This document shows, one piece after another, positions 26,625-39,957 of a stretch of 64,000 bases of DNA; the first letter of the stretch is position 1; each line of letters starts with the position of its first letter. The translations under genes and the position numbers were made by a program. The notes beneath the pieces were generated by a model. It did not search any database. It was given only the letters and a program-made list of their open reading frames with translations, and was not told the DNA's origin. Source of the DNA: Octopus sinensis (lineage: Eukaryota); assembly GCF_006345805.1 (NCBI RefSeq), contig NC_043012.1:2542001-2606000 (forward strand), written 5' to 3'.

Positions 26625-27288
26625 GAGTGGTTCTCAACTGTTTTTTTTTACCCATGGACCCCTTTAATTCGTATTTTATTCTGGTAAACATCCCTCCCCT
26701 ATCGCCATTCCATGTTTAAATACTAGTTTTAAAGATGGTTCTTTCAAAATTCCTGTTTCGTTTTTCACACATTCACTTGTGTAGATTTGCAACAGCATGC
26801 TCTAAGACAGTGGTTGCCCAAATTGGGTGGTACTGCCCCTCTGCGGGCGGCGGAAAGATCAAGAGGGACGTTGAAGAAAAGTGGGGCGATAACAGGGTGG
26901 CCAAAACGGGGTGATGGATGTAAACCCTCCCCCGCCCAAATGAGTTAATTATGTTGGGTTTTATTTGTGAAAAACAGTTGCTTTGAATTTGCTGCAGAAA
27001 TTGGTCTACATTTATGGTGGTGCTTAGGATGTGGTTCGAATGTCAAGGGGGCAGCAGCCCCAAAAAGTTTAAGAATCAATGCTCTAAGAGAACATGTTTC
27101 AGTGTCTGGAAACATGTTGAAGTCTGTAAAATATTAGAGAAAAAATAATTAGCTGTTTCTTGCAGTAAATATATCGAAATCAAAATTTTTTTCATGAGCC
27201 CTTAAAATATAACTGTGGATCCCCAATTGACTATTTTTCGTGCCTGAACCTTTGAAAATCTTATATGGACCCCAGTTGAAAACCATTG
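26625..27288. mobile_element. Outer hAT-type MITE ((C)AGTGGTTCTCAAC ... GTTGAAAACCATTG)
   Basis: TIR-like ends; right flank TTCTAGAG, left flank TTCT-GAG. A related left end lies at 6047 after GTCTAGAC. Confidence 0.65.
26808..27081. mobile_element. hAT-type MITE with perfect 8-bp TSD CTCTAAGA, nested in another hAT MITE
   Basis: CAGTGGTTGCCCAAA ... AAGAATCAATG termini; TSD at 26800-26807 and 27082-27089. Confidence 0.85.
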
Positions 27289-28928
27289 TTCTAGAGAGTG
27301 CAACACATACTGTAGAAGGTGCCTCCTAGAAAATGTTTATTGGGGTCTTGTTTATTTTTTTTCTGTTACATGGGTTGAGTTAGGAGTATGGCACATTGTG
27401 ACAGGAAACCACTGATCTAAGGGGTGAGAGATAAATGAAGCTCACAAGCATGTAGCTTCTTTTCCAAGAGATTTAGATATGTATTAGATGGCATTTAGTT
27501 CTGTAGGGCATGAGACATTTTGGTGCCGCCTATTTGGTGTTACTGATTCAATGCTGACTTATTTGACATCAGACATTTTAATGTTATTATCTTGTTTTGA
27601 TGTTTCCCTTGTTCTCTCCCTCACTGTCTGTCTCTCTGTTTATGTATGCGAGCATATTTCTCTTTATAAGTGAGGAGAGGGAAAATGTGTGTCAATCATG
27701 GTCAGTTAATAAATTGTAATGTCTCTCTCTTTCTCTCACTCTTTCTCTGTGTGTGTGTGTGTGTGTGTGCGTGTGTGTGTGTGTGTGTGCATTTGCTTCC
27801 AGTGCCAAAAAGTACTTTCACTGAAACAAGCCGAATGTTCAGTCAGCTGGGCCAAATCTTCAGTGTCCAAACAGTTGTGCCCACTTGTCTCATTCCAATT
27901 CCATAGAGGATACTATAGGTGCTATGTAGTACAAAATGTGTGGTGACTAAAGATGGAGTAACATTTTACCATTATAGTTGAGTCCTTAAACAATATATGC
28001 GGCTGGTCTAATTCTATAATAAATTATTTTTACTGGGACAGTGAGGGTACCATTAACTAATTTATCTCCTTTATGTATGTCAGTGGAGAACCAGCAGTTT
28101 GGCAAATCCTATTCTTCCCTAGGATGATGGAGTGAAGTGGAAATGATTCTGTGGGAAATTGGAATTAATTTACAAGCTGAAACCTTCTGAAAGTTTACCA
28201 TTATTCTACAACAAGACTTGCATAGTTCCAGAATGGTTTTGATAAATATTGAGAAAACAATAAATTTCAAAATCTATTACGATATGGTGCACAGGTGACA
28301 GATCTGATTGAAAACGAGTCAGAATTTATGAAATAAAACTTTCACCTGTAAATCTGTAATAAAAAAAAAACAAAAACAAAAAATGAAAAGAAAAAAGAGT
28401 CTAAAAGCCAAAAAGCCACTAAAGTAAATACACTAAAATTATTTCTTCTATCAACTGAACTGGAAAATAAGTAATATTTATTCTGACTTCACAGTTTATA
28501 GAGTTGCTATTAGAAAGAACCATTAAATATCAATTCTAAGAAATGTCTACAATGAAGCATTGAATTTCTCTTTTTCTTTTTTACAAGAAAAAATAAGGAA
28601 ATATTTTTCTAATTTGATGTGGACAAACTGTTTCTTTTGCTTTTTGCAAATTTTGAAAAAATTTCCATATTCTTTGCACAATTGTTTTTACTGCTAGTTG
28701 CCCATCTAACATAATCACTTGACAGGCTAGGAAGGGAAAAAAAGGGTGTCGTTAATTTGTCAACCAGGCAGTGAGAGGTACTTAGTTATGTTCCTTACTC
28801 AAAGGTTGGTTGAGAAATAACACTATCTAGTGAGGTTTGAACTTTGCAGCAGCCCAGTAGCTAAACTCAAACCATGAACAAAAGATTAATTGAAGAGGTG
28901 TGTATGTGTGTGTAATGAAATATAACAT

Positions 28929-29312
28929 CTCTTTTACTCTTTTACTTGTGTAAGTCATTTGACTGTAGCCATGCTGGAGCACCGCCTTTAGTCGAGCAAA
29001 TCGACCCCAGGACTTATTCTTTGTAATCCTGGTACTTATTCTATCAGTCTCTTTTGCTGAACCGCTAAGTTACGGGGACATAAACACACCAGCATCGGTC
29101 GTCAAGTGATGTTGGGGGAACAAACGCAGACACACACACATATATACATATATACGATGGGTTTCTTTCAGTTTCCATCTACCAAATCCACTCACAAGGC
29201 TTTGGTCGGCCCGAGGCTATAGTAGAAGACACTTACCCAAGGTACCATGCAGTGGGACTGAACCTGGAACTATGTGGTTCATAAGCAAGCTACTTACCAC
29301 ACAGCCATTCCT
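28929..29312 (-). mobile_element. SINE family A, full length
   Basis: Reverse complement of consensus. Confidence 0.9.
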
Positions 29313-30334
29313 ATGCCACTGTGCTTAAAAAAAAAACTGGACCTCCTTCACCTTTTTTTGTAATAGAAAAAAGTTATTGTTTTGTTACTTAAATCAGACT
29401 TGTCTCTTTCGAAATAGTTCCTTCCACTATTGATACAGTGCTCTCAACATCATTTCCAGTTTTGGGGCACCTCCAGATTTGGGGTCATATTCAATGAATA
29501 TTTTCGCCTATTTAGAATGTTTGTATTGTCTTTCTTCCCATGATCCTGTTGTTGCATTAGAAAAGTCTCTACGAATGTTTCCGCCAATTTGAAACTGATT
29601 GTCTCTCAAGCATGTTTGCATTCTGTGTTCAGCTTACATCAGATTGGTAAGTGCATTGTGCACACATTCACCCTAGCCGGTGTAGATCAACAATCAACCG
29701 GTGTGGAGAGATGTGGCTGTTATTACACTGAAGGTCTCTGTTACCCATGCTCAGTTCTGCATTTGCAAGCATCCAAAAAAAAATTAGCCATTGGAACATG
29801 GTGCAGTTCTTGGGCCCTTTGGATTCTATTTAACTGTTGAATCCATACAAGCATGGAAGATGAATGTTGAAAGATGACGATGATGATTATGCTGGCAACA
29901 CATTTCGATACCAATCTATCTAAGACCACCCCTGGTTCAATGATACAAATCTGTTTAAAAGTGATCCAAGTTAAAACCTTCTATCTAAAATTAATTGAAA
30001 CTGAGGCAGTGTATTTCAACAGAAATATGGTAACAAGGGGATTAAAAGCCTGATTATTTCTTTTCTTTTCTTTTTTAGATGTGTTGTGGATAGGCTTAAG
30101 ATAGTCTTTTACAAATGATGTTTGTGTAGTTAAATATTTGCTAATCCCTGCCAGGAGAGTAGAGCGGATGCCAGAATGATGATAACATTTTAAAATCTGT
30201 TCAGATCTTATTCTGAAACAGTTGAAAATAAAACCAAATAAATAATAACTTAATTTGTTCCATAATTACTGATATATTTTTAGAGATAACTTGGAAATGT
30301 GAACCACATGTTACATTTGATATCAGTGTAATAC

Positions 30335-30366
<32 letters not shown>

Positions 30367-30774
30367 GATAGCAATGAAATAAATTATATCTCATGAAATA
30401 TGCACCAATATGCCCATTGCCATATTGCTGATATATTAGAAATGGTACACATGCGCACACACACACACACACACACACATGCAATGCTATGGAATGTTTT
30501 GAGAGAAAGAAATACTCTTCATCTGATTGGCAAATCTTCACTCATCATTACGCTCCAACAACTGGCACCCCACCAGAGTATGTTCTCCTTGTCTTTTCTA
30601 TCACAAGTACAACATTCTCTGTTACTATGAACCTATTGACTCTGGTACCTCTGCCGTTCACTACCATTCCACCCATTTAATCACAATTTTCTTTTTTATC
30701 CCAACCCTGAATCTTAAACATTTTTTAGATGTTTTTCTTTAAATTTTCCATACAATTATGACCCTCTACATATA

Positions 30775-31405
30775 CAGGGTGCGATGGGTAAATTGTCGCC
30801 CCTTTATATTTTTAATTTCACACTTGTGCATTCTTTGTTTTTGATTTTATCGACTACACAGTATAGTAGGGTCAGTTGGGTACTGCCTCTGATGCGATTT
30901 ACTCTGCCAGAAATTTGGAAACAACATGCTGTGCTGCTTGGCATTTGTGTCAGAAGCTTCAGAGTGTTTAGGTGTCAATCTGAGGTCAGTGCGATCTGAG
31001 GACATGTACCAAGAGTGATAAAAATCGAACATCCAATCAACATCAGGGTGTTTGGAGTGATCACTAGTGATGGTATCGTTATGCCTCCATTCATCTTCCC
31101 ACATGGCCTCAGACTACACACAGAGGCCTACATCAAGGGCCTAGAGGAGGTAGTGCTGTCCTGAGTCAAGAGGGTTACTGCTGGAATACCTTATGTCTGG
31201 TAACAGGACTGCATCATGCCACAAAAGCAGGAGAACTCAGTTATGGCTGTCAGATAATTTCTGTGACCATATCACCCCTAACATCTAGCCACCTAACTCC
31301 CCAAACTACAACCCCCTTGGGGCGCAGTTGAGTGAGAGACCAACAAAACTCCTTGATGAACTGAAGGCAAAGATTATGGCAGTATTCACCAACTTAAATG
31401 AAGAA
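30775..31405 (+). mobile_element. Decayed Tc1/mariner (DD37D/maT-like) element
   Basis: TA|CAGGGTG start; ~31015-31405 reads HPINIRVFGVITSDGIVMPPFIFPHGLRLHTEAYIKGLEEVVLS*VKRVTAGIPYVW*QD, then a WPPNSP-like remnant and DELKAKIMAVFTNLNEET, with stops and frameshifts. Confidence 0.8.
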
Positions 31406-31474
31406 ACTATAGCCTCGGGCCGACCAAAGCCTTGTGAGTGGATTTGGTAGACAGAAACTGAAAGAAGCCTGTCG

Positions 31475-31511
<37 letters not shown>

Positions 31512-31740
31512 ATGTATGTGTGTGTGTATATGTTTGTGTGTCTTTGTTTATACACCAACATCACTTAACAACCGATGCTGGTGTGTTTACGTCCTCGTAA
31601 CTTAGCGGTTTGGCAAAAGAGACCAATAGAATAAGTACTAGGCTTACAAAGAATAAGTCCTGGGGTCGATTTGCTCGACTGAAGGCTGTGCTCCAGCATG
31701 GCCACAATCAAATGACTGAAACAAGTAAAAGAGAGAGAGA
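31406..31740 (+). mobile_element. SINE family A, 5'-truncated, abutting the Tc1/mariner remnant
   Basis: Transposase similarity stops where ACTATAGCCTCGGGCC begins. Confidence 0.85.
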
Positions 31741-32536
31741 GTGCCCCTGCATGGCCACAGTCTAAGGATTGGAATGAGTGTAAAAAAGGTAAAAGCTAAA
31801 CCAAATGTGTTCGCCTATCTTTGGATCCATTCTTGCTGCAGTGAAGAAATTAAAGAATCTATGACATACATAGATAGCAGCTGCTGTTTGGTATTTTCTC
31901 TGTTAATAGCTAATGAAACACCCTTTATGTTGGCACTAATATAACACACCCCATTTTCCAAATTACATTTAGGAATTGTCTGGATATCATTGTATTAAAT
32001 AGAAGCAATTAGTGTTTTACTCTTAAACTGTTGAAAGATTCCTTGCTTTAAATTAGTACAAGACTTTGTTGTTGTGTACATGTTTGATTTTCATGCATTA
32101 TAGAAATAAATCCGTGTTTGTTTTCTCAAAGGGATCTAAATATTTTCGTTTAGTTTTATTAAAAGTGTATGTAGTATGTTTAGTTTATAGATGTTTAAGG
32201 GGCCTAGTTTCTGACTTGGTGACAAAGACAGCCCTGTATCGTGACGCTGTATGGTATTTGAAGCATGGGGGGAGGGGAAGAAGTGAGTATGATCTTTAGA
32301 ATGTGATGTGTAAACTTAAAAGACAGACAGGCTTACTGACTGCACGGAAGTGAGCAAAGTATTTAGGAATTTTAAGCACCGTAAGAAAATGTAGTAAGTA
32401 TATATTACATGTGTAGAAGGAGGAAAATAATTAGTGCAGGGTAACCGGGGTGGGTGGTGAGATGAGGGTGGAAGTGGATTAGGGAAGGAGCTGCAAAAGA
32501 AGGGTGTATACTGATGTTGTTAGATAAGACCTTTAA

Positions 32537-32994
32537 CCCTTTTGATGTCAAGCCGCCTAAGACTGCTTTTTGTTCTGTGATACAAGCTTCCTATTTTAAA
32601 GTAATCTAAATTAAATCTTCCAGCAAAATTTCATGTTAATTTGTCTTCCAAACATTACATTTACGAGAATAAGGTTTTGTTGTGTCTTGGGTGGGTCATT
32701 ACACCAATAATGATAAGCACATGCACTGGTTCAATATCACTTCTTTATTGTTAGTGGTTAGATATTTAACCAATTGACTAACTAATCGATCATTTGTTTA
32801 ATGTGTTGGTTAAGCAATCAATTGGTTGTTTGTATGTCAAAATCCTTTCATCTCTGTTCGCAACCTTCTCAAGGAATCTTGCAAAGTAAATACAAAAATA
32901 AAGGACAAAGTTATTTTGCTAAATTTGATTTCATTTTAAAAATTAATTGAAACAGAGGTAGTGTTACTTGAACAGAAAAATGGTTATGGAAAGG
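32537..32994. mobile_element. TTAA MITE family 1 split by a ~230 bp insertion (~32665-32900)
   Basis: Both halves match 37825-38045. Other partial copies at ~29900-30045 and ~44515-45000. Confidence 0.6.
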
Positions 32995-34762
32995 TTAATA
33001 AAGTTACACATCACAAATGAGATGGGAAGACAGTAACGATGAAGTGTGAAAATGTCTAATTGTGACAGTTTGGGAGAACAGTGATGACAATGGTGATGAT
33101 GATGATTAAGATGATAAAGGTTATAATTTTAATGATGATGATGATGATACTGTCACATCTGTAATCATCTGGTACACAGGACTTGTGATTCTATTTTTTT
33201 TTTAATTTCAACATTTTGAAATCATGTTACATCAGATAATGTAATCATTAACTTTATATCTTTTTTCTTTTTTAATATTTTTCTCTTGTGTCTCCTCACT
33301 TTGATATCATGGAAAACCAAGAAATAATGTTATTTTAGTGAAACTAAAACAGTCTTTAAAGGAACCAAAAAGAAAAAAAAGAAAAAAAAAAGAAAGAAAG
33401 AAATTCCAAAAATTCAAGATAGTTACAGGATATTCCACTCTTAAAAGTTTTCTTTATAGCCAACTGGCATTTTAGACTCTTTTCCCAGAAGATTAATTTC
33501 AGAGCTGAAAATAGGAAATCAGGGTTGGATGGTTTAAAAAAATAAAATTTATTTTATATTTTTTAAAAGAAAACTTTTGTTTGTTTCTTCTTTTTATTTG
33601 ACTATTTACTTTAATTTGATATAATACTTCCATACAGTTTCTGTCTACCAAATTCATTCAGAAAGCATTAGTTGGTTTGGGGCTATAGAAGGTACTTGCC
33701 TAAGGTGCTGTGCTGTGGGACTAAACCCGAAACCATGTGGTTGCCAAGTGAATGTCTTAACCACACAGCCATGTCTGCATCTTCTCTTGAATGACTTAAA
33801 GAAAACTAGTTATAGTATTGCTATGATTAAGCAGATCTTTGACCAATGGCATTCCAGCTGTGACCATCCTGCCTTTACCATATATCAAGGACTGATATTG
33901 TTGTTCGGCATCAAGTCAGCCCTGATCCAACAAACTTATGATTAAAGATATTCCAGCCATGGCCTTTCCATCGTTTTCCAGAAGCAGTGCATCAAGTAGT
34001 ATCCAGTGTGTCCTTTCTTTTTTAAAGACTGTAGGATATGATTTGAGGGAGATTTGACTGATATTTCTAGCATGTTGAGAGATCACGTGAAGGCTCATTC
34101 CCTGGTTTGTGGAGTGTTGTTGTTTATCCCCAGATCAGTTCTAATTGTGTAGGCAAACATATTATCAAAAATTTTCCATCCATGACCATCTCCTCTTTAT
34201 TCATGTAGTTCTCTCTTTTTTTTCTTCTTTAACATGATAGGATGTGATTTAAATATTTGGCTGCTATTTCTAGCAGATTGAGCACCCTCCGATTGGATCT
34301 CCCTTGTTGTTAGATTATTGTTTGTGGGGGTGGTAACATTGACAGCAATCATTTATTTGTTTATTCTTTTTCTTTTTTTCAATTTAGGCAAATTTTGTTT
34401 TTGATTTTTTTCCAGTGACCTATTTTTTTTTTTTGCTTAGATTCCTTAAACATCCATAGCAATTTCCAAAAAATCCTTACCGATGACACACACACACACA
34501 CACACTCACTCACACATCTACATCTGTTCACTAGGACCATTATGATACATCAATGTAATAAGCTTTCTTTTATTCAGACTTATCCTACAATTGAAGCAAT
34601 AATTGCAGAAGTATTTAAGATCCACATGTTCTTATGAAGTCGTTTTTTTTTTAGTAGTACAGAAGCACCATTCCTTCTTTCTCTCTTACTTTCTCTCTCT
34701 CTCTCACACACATTTCTCCACAACCCATCTCTGTTTCTATGTGTGTGCATGTGATTGTGCAT

Positions 34763-34826
<64 letters not shown>

Positions 34827-35094
34827 ACATGTATTTGTATAAATATGTCTATGTGTGAGTGTATCCATACCCTCTTCCTCTCTCACTTTCCATTATTTCT
34901 CCACTACTCTCCTCTTTCTTTCCATCTATCGGTGTGTGTGTGTATCTGCAGACCTACTGCCTTAAATACGACTCAATGAAAGCCAACAGCTTCTGTCTGT
35001 TGTGACTAATAATGACAGAAAAGATTATGAGGCTACAAGAAATATATTTATCTAAATACAAACCTTAAGAAGACAGTTTAGCAAGCCTGGAATC

Positions 35095-35300
35095 TAGACT
35101 AGGCTAATGTATGACTCAACAGGCAACATTAAACAGGGTTTAAAAGGAATATTGTTGTAATAAGGATAGATTAACAATAGGGTAGTGTATGACTCAACAG
35201 GCAGTATAAGGTTAGTGTAGGGCTTAATAGGAATATAGTTGCAATAGGGAGAGATTAACAATAGGCTAAAAGATTGACTCAAAAGGTAATAGTCTTTAGT
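35095..35300. repeat. Degenerate ~80-bp tandem repeat, ~2.5 units
   Basis: TGACTCAA at 35112, 35190 and 35275; GATTAACAATAGG twice. Confidence 0.75.
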
Positions 35301-35635
35301 GTAAGGTTTAATCCTTTAATTGTAAAATTTAATTTCATGGTTATTCAGTGATGATGTTAAATATCTACCAGAAGATTGAAGCGGTGTTTTCTGAAAGTCA
35401 CAATGACTCAGTAAACTCGACATTTCTCTACAGAAAGTAGTTTCAAACCTGACATTCCTCAACAAAACGAAAGATTCAAATATAAAACTGATTTCTGCTG
35501 CTGGAGGTAATGAAATTTTTGAGTGTATATATCTGCTTTTTGCAGTAAAAGGGTTTAAACAAAATATACTTGTAATAGAGATTGATAGACAATGGGTTAA
35601 TTAATGAGTGAAAAGGCAATGTTGATTAGTGTAGG

Positions 35636-36063
35636 CAGCACTGGGTTAATCATCAAGCAAAATAATCATGTGCTTAGGGCATCAAGAGAAGGAGGGGGGC
35701 ACCACAAAAATGGTAAATGGTCTACGGCACAAAAGAAATCACTTTAAATTTGCTAAAATAATATTCAGGATGGCTTTATCTCTACTAAGTATAGATGCAG
35801 ATGTGTTATCTAAGATTAATTTTGAGGATCTGATCAAAGACTTTGCAATTCAAAAACGTAGGAGGAAACTTCTCATACATAAATAAAGTGGAAGCATAAA
35901 AAAAATAAACATTATTTTCCCTCTTGCTGTTTTGTTTCATTTTGAAAAATAAAAATCTATTTTATGGTTTGTTATTGTTTATATTTTGAATTACATAATC
36001 TTTTATGGGGGCACCAAAATCTTTTAAGTGCTTAGGGCCTCAATGGGTCTTAATCCGGCCCTG
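35636..36063 (+). mobile_element. hAT deletion derivative retaining a transposase C-terminus
   Basis: Right TIR TTAATCCGGCCCTG, decayed left TIR CAGCACTGGGTTAA; internal ALSLLSIDADVLSKINFEDLIKDFAIQKRRRK resembles the hAT/ZMYM1-like dimerisation tail. Confidence 0.7.
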
Positions 36064-37247
36064 AGTACGGGATGTGTTTAGACTGTACTAATAATAAAAA
36101 ACAGATAAAATACTGTAGTTAATGTTGGTTATGTTTGACTCCAATCCTTGCAGGTTGATGTCTAATGAGAAAGTGGGTCGAGATGGTATTCTCGAGGGTT
36201 TCAGTGCTGGTTAGGAATAGTTGGGCACAGTTTTTGTTCAGTAGGGGCTTGGGTTGTGGGTGAAGGACAGTATGAGGAAGAGAGATGGGTGCAATAGGTT
36301 GCTTTATGAGGTAGTAAGGGTCAGAGCTCTTTGACTTTGACTCATTTTATGGAACCGTCTACTTATATTTCCTATATCGATTGATTGAAAGTGATCAATA
36401 TAAAATAGCTAATGAGAATATAAAATAACTACTTTTTAACACTCTAATCTATTAAAGTCTATGGGGTTACTAGAGTTGGAGTTGTTAAAAATATACTCAC
36501 TCACATTCTAGCTCAATTTCTGTCTATCAAATCCACTGTCAGGGCTTTGATTAACCCAGAGCTATAGTTGAAGATACATGCCCAAAATGCCACAGAATGG
36601 GATTGAACCCAAAACCATGTGGTTGAGGAGCAAACCTCTTAACCGTACAACCATGTACCTCAAAATCTAAACTAAAATCTTGAATGCCTAAAGCAACTTA
36701 ACAAATATCCATTTTAAAACGAATAAACTTTGACTTAACTGTAACTTAAAGCATTGTTTAACTACAGAACTGAAGTGAATGTAACATAAAATAATATAAA
36801 AATTACTGTATTTTCTGATGTAAAAGTTGATGTAGTATATAGTGTAGATGTGTTGTGTAAACATTCAAGCATCATCTCTTGTCTATATCCTGCTGTATTT
36901 TGCATGGAATTTTTGGTCCTCCAAAGTTGTTTTGGTGTATAAGTCAACCTACTTGTGTGTGTGTGTGCGTATATATATATATATATATATATAAATTCCC
37001 TGCTTTTCCATACTGGTTTTTGGTGAAATGGTCATTTTGAGGCAGTGTTTTATAGCCAGATACCCTTCCTAACACTAACTCTTTTAAAGCAGTGAAATGG
37101 TTTGCCTGTTTCAAAATTTAGGATTCAAATGGTGCATGTGTGTTTGTGTCTGTTGACACTGACCAGCTTACTTCTTTCTCTAAATTGGCACCATGGATGG
37201 TATCATTCACTGCTATTATTCTTCTTCTAATAAAACAGCTAATATAT

Positions 37248-37650
37248 ACTCTTTGACTTGTTTCAGTCATTTGACTGTGGCCATGCAGGAGCACCGCCTT
37301 TAGTCGAGCAAATCGACCCCAGGACTTATTCTTTGTAAGCCTAGTATTTATTCTATTGGTCTCTTTTGCCGAACCGCTAAGTTACGGGGACGTAAACACA
37401 CCAGCATCGGTTGTCAAGCAATGTTGGGGGGACAAACACACATACAAACATATACACACATATACATATATATATACACATATAAACGACAGGCTTCTTT
37501 CAGTTTCCATCTACCAAATCCACTCACAAGGCTTTGGTCAGCCTGAGGCTATAGTAGAAGACACTTGCCCAAGGTGCCACGCAGTGGGACTGAACCCAGA
37601 ACCATGTGGTTGGTAAGCAAACTACTTACCACACAGCCACTCCTGCGCCT
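37248..37650 (-). mobile_element. SINE family A, full length
   Basis: Reverse complement of consensus. Confidence 0.9.
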
Positions 37651-37699
37651 ATATTCTTTTTTTTTAACCAGATATTGTTTGAATATTTCTTTCCTTGTG

Positions 37700-39030
37700 T
37701 ATATGAATGCATGGCTCATCATTATTCTCAGTCTCCTTGTTAATATTGTTGGCATTATTCTCTTCATTAATATTGTTGATATTGCTTTCCTCATTAAAAT
37801 TACCGTCATCATTCTCTTCATTAACCGGTTTGATACCAACCCAACTGAGACCAACCACCCTCGGTTCTGATACAAATTCCCTGTTTTAAAGTGAGCTAAA
37901 TTAAAATGCCCAATCAAAATTTCATGTTAATTTATGTTCCAAATGCCAGCTTAATAACGATCGAATTATTGCAGTAAATTCATTATTTTCAAAATTATTT
38001 GAAACAAAGGCAATGTATTTCAATGCAAATATAGTAACAAATAGGTTAATATCATCATCATTGATCTCCTCATTAATATCATTGTTGTTGTTCTCATTAA
38101 TATCATCATCATTCTCCACGTTAATATCATCATTGTTCTCCTCTTAATGTTATTGCCATCATTCACCTGATTGATATCATCATTGTTTTCTCCTCATTGA
38201 TATTATCATTGTTTTCCTTGTTAATATAATCATCGTCATTCTTGTCGTTATTCCCCTTGTTAATATCATCATCGTTCTTGTTAATATCATCGTCATCATT
38301 CTCATCATTAATATCATCATCGTTGTTCTCCGCATTAATATCATCGTCGTCATTCTCCTCATTGGCATCAATCTCCTCATTGACATTGTTGCCATCATTC
38401 TCTTCATTGACATCATCGTCATCATTCTCATTGACATCGTCATCATTCTCATTGACATCATCGTCATCATTCTCATTGACATCATCATCATCATTCTCCT
38501 CATTGACATCACCGTCATCATTCTCCTCATTGACATCATCATCATCATTCTCCTCATTGACATCACCGTCATCATTCTCCTCATTGACATCACCGTCATC
38601 ATTCTCCTCATTGACATCATCGTCATCATTCTCCTCATTGACATCATTGTCATCATTCTCCTCATTGACATTGTCATCATTCCCTTCATTGATGTCTTCG
38701 TCATCATTCTCCTCATTGACATCATTGTCATCATTCTCCTCATTGACATCATTGTCATCGTTCTCCTCATTGACATCATTGTCATCGTTCTCCTCATTGA
38801 CATCATTGTCATCGTTCTCCTCATTGACATCATTGTCATCGTTCTCCTCATTGACATCATTGTCATCGTTCTCCTCATTGACATCATTGTCATCGTTCTC
38901 CTCATTGACATCATTGTCCTCATTCTCCTCATTGACAACTTCGTCATCATTTTCCTAATTGACATCATTGTCATCATTCTCCTCATTGACATCATCATCA
39001 TCATTCTCCTCATTGACATCATCGTCATCT
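37700..39030. repeat. 27-bp minisatellite (CATCATTGTCATCGTTCTCCTCATTGA)n, degenerate toward low coordinates
   Basis: Six identical units at 38747-38908; 24-27 bp variants around them. Confidence 0.95.
37825..38045. mobile_element. TTAA MITE family 1 inserted into the minisatellite
   Basis: TTAA duplicated at 37821-37824 and 38046-38049; the repeat register resumes on both sides. Confidence 0.8.
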
Positions 39031-39792
39031 CCATGGTTATACTTCCTTTACATGACTGTTCTCATCAATACCATCATCATATATATTATTCAATGATTAC
39101 GATAATGATGATGCTGTTACTGTTAGCGAAAAATTAATTTATCAGTTTGTTACACCAGAAATAAATCTATAACAATATATTTAGATTTTGGTTAGCTTTT
39201 GGTTAAGCAAGAACTTGATATGTTAGCAGAGAATCTGATATTGTATTAGCAACATAAGAAACCATGTATTATTGATTGTAGAAAATGGTCGGAATGCTGA
39301 ACTCGTAGAACATATTTCCATGCATGCTGTGAAAGCCTCTACAACGTTAATTTATTTTCTACTTTTACGAAAAAGTGTTACCAGAAAATAAAATTTTTAT
39401 AAATCCACTTTACAAAATGAAACATCGATATAAACATACACTATATATATATATTTTTTGTGTGTGTGTGTGTTTCTCTTTTTCTTTATTTTGAAAACAG
39501 CTGGTTTTATCACAGTTGTTATTGCTGTTGCTGCAGCTGTTATGATGTGTGGGTGTTACTGGTTGTTATGAATGTTGTAGTTAGCAGAAACAGGAGATCA
39601 ATAAAGAAAAATGCCTTGCAGTAGTTAGCTCCATTCATTTTATCAACTGAAATCCAGCTGGAGTTGTATTTTCATTTTGTAAGGTCTGGAAGTGGATGGT
39701 TGGGTGGTGGTTAATAAGGTAGGTACCTATCATATATGAAAAAATAGGGAAAAAAAAATACCCACAGCACCCATTTACAAACAAGTGCTGGT

Positions 39793-39957
39793 CACTATCA
39801 GTTTGTGCCAGTTGCTGTCAAGACCTCAGGTGTTCTCAGACCCTACACTGCTAATTTCTTCCACAAAATCGAGACAACTGCTGCACATCTGAGAAATGAA
39901 GCCCTCGATGTGGAGTGGTTGCTGCAGGGGGTGTCACTGACCATACTTCACCGCTAA
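39793..39957 (+). pseudogene. C-terminal fragment of an RLE-bearing (CRE-like) non-LTR retrotransposon
   Basis: HYQFVPVAVKTSGVLRPYTANFFHKI...EWLLQGVSLTILHR* resembles YxFVPVAVETxGxxG...LxQRxSxAxxRGN. Confidence 0.55.

Noticed and set aside
32768-32827. Pre-miRNA-sized hairpin
   Set aside because: Imperfect AT-rich stem inside an insertion within a MITE; no expression evidence.
38180-39034. 284-aa Met-rich and 238-aa Ser-rich ORFs as genes
   Set aside because: By-products of a 27-bp tandem unit; no splice signals or domain, and the array is interrupted by a MITE.
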